Source: Patescibacteria group bacterium
GTDB taxonomy: Bacteria; Patescibacteriota; Minisyncoccia; Phycocordibacterales; UBA1550
Length of the DNA: 64,000 nucleotides
Reading direction: 5' to 3'
Assembly: GCA_038062675.1 (NCBI GenBank)
Contig: JBBTWP010000005.1
Coordinates: 43,844-107,843 of the forward strand
Shown here: positions 37,760 through 47,646 of the stretch, piece after piece
Numbering within the stretch: the first letter of the stretch is position 1
Layout: every line of letters begins with the position of its first letter
The notes under the pieces: generated by a model
What the model saw: the letters and a program-made list of their open reading frames with translations, nothing else
Told to the model about the DNA's origin: nothing
The model's database searches: none
Position numbers and translations under genes: made by a program

Positions 37760-38299
37760 ATGAAAATCGTCATCGCGACCCCACTCTATCCGCCTGACAT
37801 TGAACCCACAGCACTCTACTGCAAAGAATTTGCGCGCCGATTAGCGGGGGCTGGGCACAGTGTAGTCGTTGCAACGTATGGAAACATCCCTGAAGATGTG
37901 CCGGGTGTTACCGTGACAACAACAGACAAACGTCAATTCCTTCTTGTGCGCATCATCCTCTACACAATGAGTCTTTGGAAAAGCATAAAAGATGCTAATG
38001 TGATTTATGTACAAAATGGCGCTTCTGTGGAATTCCCACTCTTCATCCTTTCCTTTGTCGCAAAGAAACCAATCGTACTGCTCTCGACGGACACGAACGC
38101 AACAGAGCGTGCTGAAAAAAACCTTTTTTTAAAAAAACTCAGACAAGCGATTGAACACCGCGCGCATCTCATAATCAAAAAACTTCCACCACAAAAACCT
38201 GAGATACTCCCCTTTGTTCCACAACCCACGCACGCCCTCACTGAATACGAAACAGCATGGCAACAACACATACAACAACTCACGCACATCACCCCATGA
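37760..38299 (+). CDS. Stand-alone GT4 N-terminal-like domain protein
   Basis: MKIVIATPLYPPDI resembles the N-terminus of 35787..36902. The C-terminal nucleotide-binding domain is absent. Confidence 0.55.
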   Translation: MKIVIATPLYPPDIEPTALYCKEFARRLAGAGHSVVVATYGNIPEDVPGVTVTTTDKRQFLLVRIILYTMSLWKSIKDANVIYVQNGASVEFPLFILSFVAKKPIVLLSTDTNATERAEKNLFLKKLRQAIEHRAHLIIKKLPPQKPEILPFVPQPTHALTEYETAWQQHIQQLTHITP

Positions 38300-39399
38300 A
38301 CAAACCAGCGACAGAAAAAGAAATATGGGAACAGTACTGCGCAAGTGGAATCGCGATAGTCCGGCCATTGCTCACAAAGCATGGAGTGATTCTCGACGAA
38401 GCTCAACCGCACATTGCCGGAGAACGTTACCTCACACGCCCGCTCGCCGGCGCAAAAAAACTTCTCTTGTTAGGCAAGAGGAGTTCAGATAAAATGCGTG
38501 TGGTGATCAAGGTGGCGAGTGATACCGCTGGCATTGCCGAGATCCAACATGAACGCACTTGCCGCGAGATGTTGAGTTCTATGGAATTTGCGCACAGCAT
38601 ACTGCATTCGCCGGACGAGCTACTATTTATACACGAACAAAATCGAGCAATCCTCGTCAGTGAATTTATCGAACAGCCATGCTCGTTCACCGAGCGCCCA
38701 ATTTCGGAACAATTCACCCTCGCTCTCTCAATTCTCAAAGCACAAGAACAGGCACATGCGACCACTCATGGACACATAAAAACAGTACGCAAAACTTTTG
38801 GGGAGGTGCATGCGGACGACTATCTCACAAAATGCCAGACATACATCACAGAAATTAATGCGAGTGCAAAAAATCAAACCTTAGAGCAAACACTCGGGCA
38901 GAGCCTCCAGCTTTTCAAGGAGAGTACAAAGACTATCGAACAATACACCGGGTTTCTCACGAACTGGGACCTCACCCCACAAAATATTCGTGTCACCAAC
39001 GAGCGTATTTATTTCCTCGACCATGCATCATTTCATTTTGGTAATAAGCACGAAAGCTGGGCGCGCTTTATCAATTTCATGTCGCTCTACGAACCGCAGG
39101 TTGCGCAAGCGTTAATGGAATATGTTCACAGCAACCGCGCACATGAGGAGGTTGCCTCTCTTAAACTTATGCGCATCTACCGCCTCGTTGAACTCATACG
39201 CTTTTACACCGAATGGCTCATGCGTGCCGAAGGGAACGTACGCGAACTCGCATTGGCAAGAATCGACTTTTGGCAGGAAGTACTAAAAGCAACAATCAGC
39301 GACACATTCATTTCCGAAGAAACAAGGAAAGAGTATATGAAAAAACGTGATTCGCTTCGAAGCGACGATGAGAAGAAGCGACAAATTGGTTTACACTAA
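38296..39399 (+). CDS. Kinase-like (APH/phosphotransferase-fold) protein
   Basis: VVIK, E, WDLTPQNI (DxxxxN) and FLD motifs. ATGA overlap with the upstream gene. Confidence 0.6.
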   Translation: MNKPATEKEIWEQYCASGIAIVRPLLTKHGVILDEAQPHIAGERYLTRPLAGAKKLLLLGKRSSDKMRVVIKVASDTAGIAEIQHERTCREMLSSMEFAHSILHSPDELLFIHEQNRAILVSEFIEQPCSFTERPISEQFTLALSILKAQEQAHATTHGHIKTVRKTFGEVHADDYLTKCQTYITEINASAKNQTLEQTLGQSLQLFKESTKTIEQYTGFLTNWDLTPQNIRVTNERIYFLDHASFHFGNKHESWARFINFMSLYEPQVAQALMEYVHSNRAHEEVASLKLMRIYRLVELIRFYTEWLMRAEGNVRELALARIDFWQEVLKATISDTFISEETRKEYMKKRDSLRSDDEKKRQIGLH

Positions 39400-39944
39400 A
39401 GCGCTTTCATCTCTACTACGAGTCCTTCATATTCATCAACCATCGAATGAGTAAGTGAGGCACGAAACATATCGAGCATCGCCTCCTCAAACCAAATTTT
39501 CTTTTCACGTCCAGCATTGAAATAACTCCAAATGGTAGAACCCTGAGCTTGATGTGCAGCAATCAAACTATATGCATTTGCAATTTTGTCTGCCAGTGAA
39601 GCTGCCTTTGCTTCACTCCCGGCACCACGCACCGACTCAATGTACGCTTTTTTCTTTTCCTCCCACGACAGGGTGTCGTCGTGCGTAACGGGTACGACAA
39701 TATCCGTCACATCATCGCCAAGCAGATGGCGCAACTCATCAGCAGTGATATTTGTATCTTCCACCAGATCATGAACAATCCCTGCCGCAATAACGACATC
39801 TGAAAAACCGTGCCGAGCAAGAATAAGTCCGACTTCAATGGGGTGCACGATGTATGGCATTGGTGCCTCTTTGCGCATCTGTCCATCATGAGCGCGAACC
39901 GCAAGCGCAACCGCCCGCTCAATTAAACTATGATTTCGATTCAT
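39396..39944 (-). CDS. HD-domain RelA/SpoT-hydrolase-like protein (Mesh1/SAH type)
   Basis: AHDGQMRK..PYIVHP, HDLVEDT and LADK motifs. Confidence 0.85.
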   Translation of the reverse strand: MNRNHSLIERAVALAVRAHDGQMRKEAPMPYIVHPIEVGLILARHGFSDVVIAAGIVHDLVEDTNITADELRHLLGDDVTDIVVPVTHDDTLSWEEKKKAYIESVRGAGSEAKAASLADKIANAYSLIAAHQAQGSTIWSYFNAGREKKIWFEEAMLDMFRASLTHSMVDEYEGLVVEMKAL

Positions 39945-39974
39945 AAAAAATAACTAAATTTAACATCATCGTGT

Positions 39975-41171
39975 TTATGACTGCAATGAATTACCGCGCT
40001 TAAGCACAGCGTCGAACACCCGCGTGCGCATTTGTTTCGCAATATTGTCCCAGTCATATTTTTCTTCAACCATTTTACGAGCATGTTCTGAAATCTTTTT
40101 TGCCTTTTCAGGATTTGCTAAAATCTCTTGCACTTTCGCAACAATTTGGTCCGGCGCATCCGGGTCAACCACCCACGCCGTTGGTTGTTTGTCAGGATTA
40201 TGTTTTTCATCAAAGACATAATCCGCCATTCCCCCGACCTGCGTCGCAATGAGTGGCAAACGTGACGCAAGTGCAGAAATGAATGCATTTCCCAACCCCT
40301 CTGACCGACTCGGTGCGACGAAAATATCTGACGCACGACGATAGAGTGTCACCACCCCCCGATCCACCTTGCCAGTAAAAATAACTCTGTCCGCAACACC
40401 AAGGTCTTCCGCAAGTTTTTTGAGCATTGGCGCATCTCCCCCGTCTCCTACTGCGAGGAATTTAATATGCACGGGAAGTTTTACTAAAGCCCGAATCGTA
40501 TCGTCAAACGCTTTTTGATGCACCAAGCGAGAAGTGTTGACCAAAAAAATGTCGCCGGGGTTTTTCCCAAGCTTTTCTTTCATTGCTTCAATCTCAGCAA
40601 CCTCAACCTTGTCTTTAATGTCACGAGGGTTTGCGCCGTTATAAATAAGTTCAATCGGACCTTTGTACCCGCGTTTCCGTGGCCACTCTGCTAAAAAAAC
40701 AGAAATTGCCTGAACCATTGATGCGGTACGAAAACCGTAGTCGAGAATCGGTGCGACAGGGCGAATAAACCATCGTTCAAAGACCTTCTCGTAAGGGTCG
40801 CCGTCTTGCAAAGTAAGGATGTGTGGCGTGCGCACCCCGCATATACGCGCCATTACAACAGGAAAGAGCATGTAGGTCATCATCGCCCACAGTGCGCCAA
40901 AATGATGTTCTTTGTCGAGTGAGCGCGCCTTAAGCCCTGCAAGTGGCACAAAAAATATTTTAGAAAGGTACGCACCGCCAAAACCAACACGGTGCACCAC
41001 AACATTACCAATACGTTCTTCGCGTGGCGCATTTTTGTCGAAAAGGAGTGTCACCATATGAAATTCAATATCAGATGGATTGATGCGCTCCGTGATTTCC
41101 TTGATTGCCGCCTCGGCTCCTGAAACAAAGCTCGGATAATATGCGAGTGAGAAAATAAGGATTTTTTTCAT
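39975..41171 (-). CDS. Glycosyltransferase family 4
   Basis: GAE, SRLVHQK and SRSEGLGNAF motifs. Confidence 0.92.
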   Translation of the reverse strand: MKKILIFSLAYYPSFVSGAEAAIKEITERINPSDIEFHMVTLLFDKNAPREERIGNVVVHRVGFGGAYLSKIFFVPLAGLKARSLDKEHHFGALWAMMTYMLFPVVMARICGVRTPHILTLQDGDPYEKVFERWFIRPVAPILDYGFRTASMVQAISVFLAEWPRKRGYKGPIELIYNGANPRDIKDKVEVAEIEAMKEKLGKNPGDIFLVNTSRLVHQKAFDDTIRALVKLPVHIKFLAVGDGGDAPMLKKLAEDLGVADRVIFTGKVDRGVVTLYRRASDIFVAPSRSEGLGNAFISALASRLPLIATQVGGMADYVFDEKHNPDKQPTAWVVDPDAPDQIVAKVQEILANPEKAKKISEHARKMVEEKYDWDNIAKQMRTRVFDAVLKRGNSLQS

Positions 41172-41208
41172 AACACCCCCATTGTACCAATATCTGCATA
41201 AAAATAAA

Positions 41209-41236
41209 GGGCGGGTCGCGCATGCGCGACCCGCCC
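41209..41236. repeat. Perfect 28-bp palindrome, probable terminator of 41246..41956
   Basis: gggcgggtcgcgcatgcgcgacccgccc, followed by a T-rich run on the minus strand. Confidence 0.6.
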
Positions 41237-41245
41237 CACTACTAA

Positions 41246-41956
41246 CTAAACATCTTTTTTCGACAACTCTCCAGCTTGAGTGATTGCCATTTCCTGACTT
41301 GTGACAAAATCCGACAACGACTGCAAGAATGCCTCACCGCCAGGACTACGAGACAATTTCATGGCTCTTTTGGTTGTTACACTGAGTGGGTTTGTCTGCA
41401 CACGATCGCCACGATGAGGTGGTTCAACAATAACCACATCTTGCGGACCAGAGTTTGCATAACTCACATCTGACCCAACAGTAAAGACTTGAAACCCACA
41501 ATCAGCAAACTCGCCGAGTCGCAAAACTTCCGCTTCAGTGAAACAGCGACCGCCGTGCGTGGGTGAAGAGACAATAAACAGACACCTCGTGTCGAGTGGT
41601 TTCAAAAACTCCATCACTGCACGAATTTCCTGCCGCGTATTTTGTGCAGTTGTGTGAACCACCGAGCGATAAACAATAAGTCCTTCGGCTTCGGCGTAGC
41701 TCACACTAAGATGTGCTGCAATTTCCGACAAATGGCATAGAGCATAGTCCAAAATATACTGCCCTTCTTTCACACCATCACGTTCCGACGCGCCTGTTCC
41801 CCAAAAGATATATTTCGCGTCTTCTTCGTACGCGACTTTAAGTCCGCGCAAAATCCGACCTACTTTGCCATATTGGTTTTGCCCAAGGACAATGTTGTCC
41901 CAATCGTCAGCCCCCAAATGAAGCCCGTGAATCAGCACAGCAGACGAACCATTCAT
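41246..41956 (-). CDS. Hypothetical protein, distant DUF218/YdcF-like
   Basis: FWGTG, E, QNTRQE and IVSSPTH..R motifs. SD present. Confidence 0.45.
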   Translation of the reverse strand: MNGSSAVLIHGLHLGADDWDNIVLGQNQYGKVGRILRGLKVAYEEDAKYIFWGTGASERDGVKEGQYILDYALCHLSEIAAHLSVSYAEAEGLIVYRSVVHTTAQNTRQEIRAVMEFLKPLDTRCLFIVSSPTHGGRCFTEAEVLRLGEFADCGFQVFTVGSDVSYANSGPQDVVIVEPPHRGDRVQTNPLSVTTKRAMKLSRSPGGEAFLQSLSDFVTSQEMAITQAGELSKKDV

Positions 41957-42043
41957 ACCTTTCTCCTTGTGTTGTGTGTCGTGTAGTTAAAAAGCAAATA
42001 CTGGGAAAACTATAACATGTAGATTTCAAAAAACAAGGTCAAA

Positions 42044-42928
42044 TTACGCCTGTTTCTCTTTCACACTCTTCACGTAGTCTTCAAGTTTATATTGCTGTTT
42101 CCAGCCAAGCATCTCTATTTTTGATGTGTCAGTAGTTCCTGTTGAACGCGTTGATTTTGTTTGTGGGAGCATTTCAATTTCACCACCAAACATATTCGCA
42201 ACATCAAGAAGTGAGTGCACTTCTTTGGCGCTAATGCCGTATTCTTCATGTTCCCCTTTTTCTCCTACAAGCACAATCCCCGCGACAGTATCGGAGACGT
42301 GCGTAAATGCGCGTGTCTGAGTACCCGGCGAAGCAATTTTGTGTGGTACTCCCTGCAAATAATTTTGTCGACACGTTTCGATAAATGTTCCTCGCTCGGT
42401 TGCCGATCGTTCTCGAGGGCCATACACATTGTAAAAATATGTAATCGCATACGGGAGCTTGTACCATCGTCCATAGTTTGCAACGAGATCGGAGTTTGCT
42501 GCTTTTGCCCACGTGTACGGCGAGAGGTTTCGCCCCAAAACACCATCGGCGCGCTCATCTGCTTGTTTTGTCGATGACCCCGCATACACCAGTTTGCATT
42601 TTCGCTTGCGCCAAAACTCAAGAACTCCCAATGTCCCCAACATATTGAGCGCAAACACTGTTTCCGGCTCCTCGAGACTTTTTGCAACACGTGCATATTC
42701 GCCAAGGTGGTAAACAATATCAACCTGCTCGGGGATATATTGTTCAATATCTTTGGTATGCCCTTCGCGATACTCCACCCCCAGAACGTGATTTTCTTTT
42801 GACCCAGCAAAATAATTGTCGAGTGAAATAACATGATGCCCCTCCTTCGCGAGTCGTTCACACAAATGAGACCCGATGAATCCCGCGCCGCCGGTTACAA
42901 GTATCGTTTTTTTAGCTTCTTTTTCCAT
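42044..42928 (-). CDS. NAD-dependent nucleotide-sugar epimerase/dehydratase
   Basis: VTGGAGFIGSH, YTWAK (YxxxK) and YNVYGP motifs. Confidence 0.92.
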   Translation of the reverse strand: MEKEAKKTILVTGGAGFIGSHLCERLAKEGHHVISLDNYFAGSKENHVLGVEYREGHTKDIEQYIPEQVDIVYHLGEYARVAKSLEEPETVFALNMLGTLGVLEFWRKRKCKLVYAGSSTKQADERADGVLGRNLSPYTWAKAANSDLVANYGRWYKLPYAITYFYNVYGPRERSATERGTFIETCRQNYLQGVPHKIASPGTQTRAFTHVSDTVAGIVLVGEKGEHEEYGISAKEVHSLLDVANMFGGEIEMLPQTKSTRSTGTTDTSKIEMLGWKQQYKLEDYVKSVKEKQA

Positions 42929-43009
42929 AGATTTCATCATAGCACATTAGGGCATATCTCAAAATAAAAACGACCCCCAGAAAAAATGGGGGCCGGTACT
43001 ACAAAAAAT

Positions 43010-43552
43010 TTAGATTTCGAGGACAACACAACCCTGCACGGTCATAAAGTTCCCTTTTTCTGCAGCAGAAAGAACTTTTGCTACTGCTTCGTTGGTCAAA
43101 CGTTCAAGTGAATCACGCTTCATAAACACAGCGTAGTGAATACCGAGTCCACTTCGCAAATAACGCAAAGCATGATGCTTTGCATCCTGAATCAAAGAAT
43201 CGTTGACCTCGTCGCCATCACCGGAAACGCCTGAAACGCCTGAAACGCCGACAACTTTGACATTGCTGTCATGCGTCAGCTTGTACGCATTTTTATGTAA
43301 CCGCAAAAAATCACGTAATAAATCAGCCGATCCCGGTAGATTTATGCAAGAAGGGAGGATAAATAAAGAAATATGTTGATCTCCGATTTTTCGCACAGCG
43401 GCAATGTCTTCAACCGCTTCATCAAAAACCGTTTCCGATGGAACTCTCAAAGTGTTCAAGCAAAACACAAACCCGATCTGAGGAGCTTGTCGACTGCCGA
43501 CGTGGTCGCTCTCACCAAAATCAATTACATTGCTATCTTTTCCACTCGTCAT
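43010..43552 (-). CDS. Hypothetical protein
   Basis: Fills the intergenic space and has an AGGAG SD. No motif recognised. Confidence 0.55.
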   Translation of the reverse strand: MTSGKDSNVIDFGESDHVGSRQAPQIGFVFCLNTLRVPSETVFDEAVEDIAAVRKIGDQHISLFILPSCINLPGSADLLRDFLRLHKNAYKLTHDSNVKVVGVSGVSGVSGDGDEVNDSLIQDAKHHALRYLRSGLGIHYAVFMKRDSLERLTNEAVAKVLSAAEKGNFMTVQGCVVLEI

Positions 43553-43646
43553 AGAACTCTCCTTCTGGTTGAACGGAAATTTTACTGATCTGTATCCAAT
43601 ATTACTTATACCACAAATTCATAATTTTGCAATACTTTTGGAAAAT

Positions 43647-45080
43647 TTATTTCTCTTCCGTTATTTCAAAATCCTCAGCTGAGATTTCATCGGACTTCTT
43701 TTGCCCTCTCCCAAAGCGTAGCCCTACAAGCGCAAATACGCCCAAAAAAGCAACCGCAATATACCAGACCAAAAGACTTTCTTTTTTAGGCTGAACACTA
43801 GTAGCCCCGATTGCAATAACATCAGACAAAGGTTCTAGAGCAGTAGCAAACTGAGTATCACCTTTTAGCCGAGGAGGGACTTTTTGCACAGACACCACCG
43901 GCAAGGATGCCTGCGTCACTATGGAAACATCTTTTTGCACAGATGTTTCTGTTAAAATCATCGGCTTTTCTTTAAGAGAAATAACGGCTGTGCCATTTGG
44001 ATACCGAAGCTCCGCAACACTCCCATCCGGTGTTGAAAGTCTCGTCACCTCAGAAGGAAGCGTCAAAGTCTTTCGAGCTCCCACAAGTGTATTTTTGGGA
44101 AGTACGAATGCGCTGTTCCCAACACCCACCAACCACAAAGACAAATCAATTTCGTCGCTGCCAAGATTTTCAACAGCAACAAAAGAACGCAAAGCATCTC
44201 CGCCTGTCCGAAGAATCAATTCGGGCTTTACCACCGTCACCCACACACGGTCAGATGCGGAATAATATCCCGACGAAGCATCGAGCACCACCACATACTC
44301 GCCCGGATAATAATAGGTATGTAAAACTGATTGCCCTTCGGCTGAGCCTCCGTCACCAAACGACCACACCATGCGCGCGTTTTCAATCGGTTCTTTTTTG
44401 AGACCAAACACTTTGCCGGAAAAAGTCATCGGCGCACCCGTTACGACAGTGCGCGCTGACGCACCCGCATCCACAATTATTTGTGAATCGACAGGAAATG
44501 TCGAGGTGTTTGCCACCGATGTGTTTGATGAAGCGCTCGCAGATGAATTTGAAGACGAAATATTTGATCCTGCCACAAATGTGTCGGCAGAGACTCCGAT
44601 CCCGGGAGTAGGGACTCCTCCTTTCCATATACCCCCCATTTTCTGCAGTGATTTTCCATCCTCCGTCGCACCCATGTCGCTTGCATACACTACCGTATCC
44701 GAAACAGTACCATCCGGCATCTTGAATGCAATCGTTTCGCCTCCATTTTTTAAAGAGAAAGAACTATCGAGGACAATTCCCGAAAATCCAGAATGGTCAC
44801 TTAAAAATATCCCTGCGTTGTCAGCAATAATTGCGTATGCATTTGGCGCCAACGCACCATCCCCTTTTTCTGTAGTCAACCCATGACTGCTTCCACCCTC
44901 TACAAATTTTGATTTTAAAAGATCAACAGCACTTCCTCCACTATTCCAAACTTCCACCCACTCATGCCCCGTATCCGCCCCTTTGGGGTCGTACATAATT
45001 TCTGAAATAACAACCTGCGCAGAAACCATCCTTGCAAACAAAAATAAAAAAAATAATATAATCCACCGCATACTATTCAT
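43647..45080 (-). CDS. Surface protein with lamin-tail and PKD domains and a C-terminal TM anchor
   Basis: VVISEIMYDP..EWVEV (LTD), WSFGDG..HTY..PGEY (PKD), and a C-terminal TM helix. Confidence 0.8.
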   Translation of the reverse strand: MNSMRWIILFFLFLFARMVSAQVVISEIMYDPKGADTGHEWVEVWNSGGSAVDLLKSKFVEGGSSHGLTTEKGDGALAPNAYAIIADNAGIFLSDHSGFSGIVLDSSFSLKNGGETIAFKMPDGTVSDTVVYASDMGATEDGKSLQKMGGIWKGGVPTPGIGVSADTFVAGSNISSSNSSASASSNTSVANTSTFPVDSQIIVDAGASARTVVTGAPMTFSGKVFGLKKEPIENARMVWSFGDGGSAEGQSVLHTYYYPGEYVVVLDASSGYYSASDRVWVTVVKPELILRTGGDALRSFVAVENLGSDEIDLSLWLVGVGNSAFVLPKNTLVGARKTLTLPSEVTRLSTPDGSVAELRYPNGTAVISLKEKPMILTETSVQKDVSIVTQASLPVVSVQKVPPRLKGDTQFATALEPLSDVIAIGATSVQPKKESLLVWYIAVAFLGVFALVGLRFGRGQKKSDEISAEDFEITEEK

Positions 45081-46947
45081 CCCCCTTCAAAATCGCTTTT
45101 AAAACATCTTCGGGAACTTCTTTTATTTCTGCGCGCCGTGGTTCTTCGGGTTTTGGTGTAGGTGCTGGTGTAGGTCGAGGCACAAATGGTGGAGGTGTGG
45201 GTGGTTTGCTTTTTGCAGGTTCCTGATCTTTGAGTACGCCGGCGAGCGCAGACTTGAGTGAATCCATATTTTTTTCACTGGGACCCTTTGTTGGTGCCGG
45301 TGGAATCGCTCCCTTTTCAACTGTTTTTTGGGCAAGAGTGGAAAGAGGAGCACGTGGTGCAGGCGCAGGTGTTTGGCGAGGGGTAGGAGTACTAGTTACC
45401 ACTGGTTCTCGTGCAAGCTCTTTAAATGCCTGTGCAAAAGGTTTTTCAGCTTGTGGTAGTTCTTCTCGTTTTGAGGGAGGTGGAGTTTGATACGTTGATT
45501 TTTGCGGAGAGGATGTCGACAATACCGCAGGTGCATCGGTAGCACGCCGACCATACGAAGGGTTGGCCCCAACAGCGACAGCCCCTTGAGGAGGGCGCAC
45601 AGGAACTGGTTGAGGAGAGGAGGGTGTTGCTGGAGAAATCGAACCACCTCCCTCTGCATACCATTTTGCAATCGCATCTTCGATCAGTGGACGGGGGTGA
45701 CCATAGAGCAAACGCGAGGATTCAATAACTGCTTGTTTGCTTGATTTTGCTGGAGGTGCAATCGGACCCATAGTGACAGAGGAAAACGGATGCGACGCCA
45801 CGCCGTCAATCATGAGCTTTAAATATATTTGCGTAAACCCAAGACTCACCATGTCCTCCGCCGTAAAGACCGGCGCATATTCTTTTTCAAGCATCTCTGC
45901 ATCGGGCGCACCAACGCGAAACATAATCTGCGTCCCGACGTTGCCAAAAATAGCATCGGCGACTTTTTCATCCATCTGCTTGATATACTGATGTGCAACC
46001 ACGAGCGCAAGTTTGTATTTTCGCGCTTCAGACAAAATGTCGGCAAAAGATTCGTTGGCAAACGACTGAAACTCATCCACATACATATAAAAATTGGGGA
46101 GTTTTTTCAGGTCACTCTCCACCAAGTCTGCGCGTGACATCGCCGCAAGATAAATCTTGGTAATAATCATACCTCCCAAAAGATTTGCATTCCCTTCACC
46201 AAGTTGTCCTTTGGAAAGATTCACAATGAGAATCTTTCTCTCATCCATCATCTTACGCAAGTCGAAACTTGAATGGGGCTGTCCGATGATATTTCGGATG
46301 AGCGGATTTGAGGTAAATTGCCCCAACTTGTTTTGAATACCCGGGACGGCATCCTTTGCATAGTTCTCACTATATTTTGCAAATTCGTCAACCCAATATG
46401 CCTTCACCGATGGGTCTTTCACGTTGTCAACAACTTTCTTGCGGTACACTTTATCGGTGAGCAATCGACTTACACCCAGAAGCGTTGACTCCGGATACTC
46501 GAGAAGTGCAAGGAGTGAATTCATGAGAATATATTCCATGCGTGCTGAAAAAGTCTCCGGACCCCAAATCTTTTTGAACGCAGACAAAAGCCCGTTGGCG
46601 ATGAGGTGACGCTTGTCAGGACCCACGTCCTCCATTACGTTGAAAGAGACCGGGTTGTCGGTATCAAACGGCGCAAAATAAACAACGTCCTTTACGCGCT
46701 CTGGTGGAATATAATCCAAAATCATCGCGGCGGATTTGCCGTGCGGGTCGATGAACGCAAACCCTTCCCCATTTCTAATATCCTGCACCACCATGTTCTC
46801 AATCAGTGTAGACTTTCCCATCCCCGTCTTGCCAATGATGTACATGTGGCGCGTGCGGTCTTCGGCTTTGATGCCAAACGGGATGCGCTTGTTGCGCCGA
46901 TCCGTCTCCGCAAAATACGTTATGCGATTTTTATCGTAGAGATACAT
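45073..46947 (-). CDS. VirD4/TraD/HerA-like ATPase with a Pro-rich tail
   Basis: Walker A GKTGMGKS, IDPHG, Walker B YVDEFQ, and EARKY..AHQ. Confidence 0.85.
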   Translation of the reverse strand: MYLYDKNRITYFAETDRRNKRIPFGIKAEDRTRHMYIIGKTGMGKSTLIENMVVQDIRNGEGFAFIDPHGKSAAMILDYIPPERVKDVVYFAPFDTDNPVSFNVMEDVGPDKRHLIANGLLSAFKKIWGPETFSARMEYILMNSLLALLEYPESTLLGVSRLLTDKVYRKKVVDNVKDPSVKAYWVDEFAKYSENYAKDAVPGIQNKLGQFTSNPLIRNIIGQPHSSFDLRKMMDERKILIVNLSKGQLGEGNANLLGGMIITKIYLAAMSRADLVESDLKKLPNFYMYVDEFQSFANESFADILSEARKYKLALVVAHQYIKQMDEKVADAIFGNVGTQIMFRVGAPDAEMLEKEYAPVFTAEDMVSLGFTQIYLKLMIDGVASHPFSSVTMGPIAPPAKSSKQAVIESSRLLYGHPRPLIEDAIAKWYAEGGGSISPATPSSPQPVPVRPPQGAVAVGANPSYGRRATDAPAVLSTSSPQKSTYQTPPPSKREELPQAEKPFAQAFKELAREPVVTSTPTPRQTPAPAPRAPLSTLAQKTVEKGAIPPAPTKGPSEKNMDSLKSALAGVLKDQEPAKSKPPTPPPFVPRPTPAPTPKPEEPRRAEIKEVPEDVLKAILKGDE

Positions 46948-46966
46948 TGGTTCTATTGTATCACGA

Positions 46967-47009
46967 CCTAAACAAAAAATCGCGCTGGAGGCGCTATTTT
47001 TTGTTTAGG
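46967..47009 (-). terminator. Hairpin terminator
   Basis: cctaaacaaaaaat...attttttgtttagg stem. Confidence 0.55.
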
Positions 47010-47074
47010 CTGGGCTGAATGGCGGATTCAACCCACCAACGCAACACCTTGTTGGCATCTGTGTCATATTTTCA

Positions 47075-47623
47075 CTAAAACAAAATCTCTACGAGCAACG
47101 AAATTGCGAGATATGTAAGAGGAAAAACAAAAGCGACAAATAAGACTATGTACGATAATCTTCCTATTTTTTTATTCGTGTCCGCAGAAATATTAGGTTC
47201 GAGGTGAGCAGGCCAGAAAAAATAAGCAAATATGGAAGATATGATGCAGAGAAAAAAAGCACCGTAAAGATACACTATGCCGAGACTCCATGCCAAAGAT
47301 TCATTCGGGTCGGAAGATGAAGAAGCTAAAAATAAGAATAAGAGAAAGAGTATGTCAAGAAATAAAGTCACATATCCAATACTTAAAAAACTATTTTTTG
47401 ATCCATATTTTTTTGCAAAATAAAAAGGAGGAACAGTGCATGCGATAAATCCTCCGATTGGTAAAATCAGGTTAAAACCAGAAGTTAGAAAGAGTGTTGT
47501 TAGGATTGAGGAGATCCCCAACACATACCAAAAACTTTTTGAGCCAAGTCCTCTTTGTCCATTATTTGATTCCACAATGAATACATCATACCTGAAACGC
47601 CCCGCAGGCGCAATATTTTGCAT
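47075..47623 (-). CDS. Hypothetical polytopic membrane protein (AT-rich)
   Basis: About 5 hydrophobic segments. Confidence 0.6.
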   Translation of the reverse strand: MQNIAPAGRFRYDVFIVESNNGQRGLGSKSFWYVLGISSILTTLFLTSGFNLILPIGGFIACTVPPFYFAKKYGSKNSFLSIGYVTLFLDILFLLFLFLASSSSDPNESLAWSLGIVYLYGAFFLCIISSIFAYFFWPAHLEPNISADTNKKIGRLSYIVLFVAFVFPLTYLAISLLVEILF

Positions 47624-47646
47624 GACACATTTCGTATAGCAAAACT

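Noticed and set aside
43222-43250. 9-bp tandem repeat (GVS three times)
   Set aside because: A short in-frame repeat with no evidence of function.
47008-47040. tRNA-like fragment ending in CCA
   Set aside because: It has no T-loop consensus or cloverleaf and is only a small hairpin.
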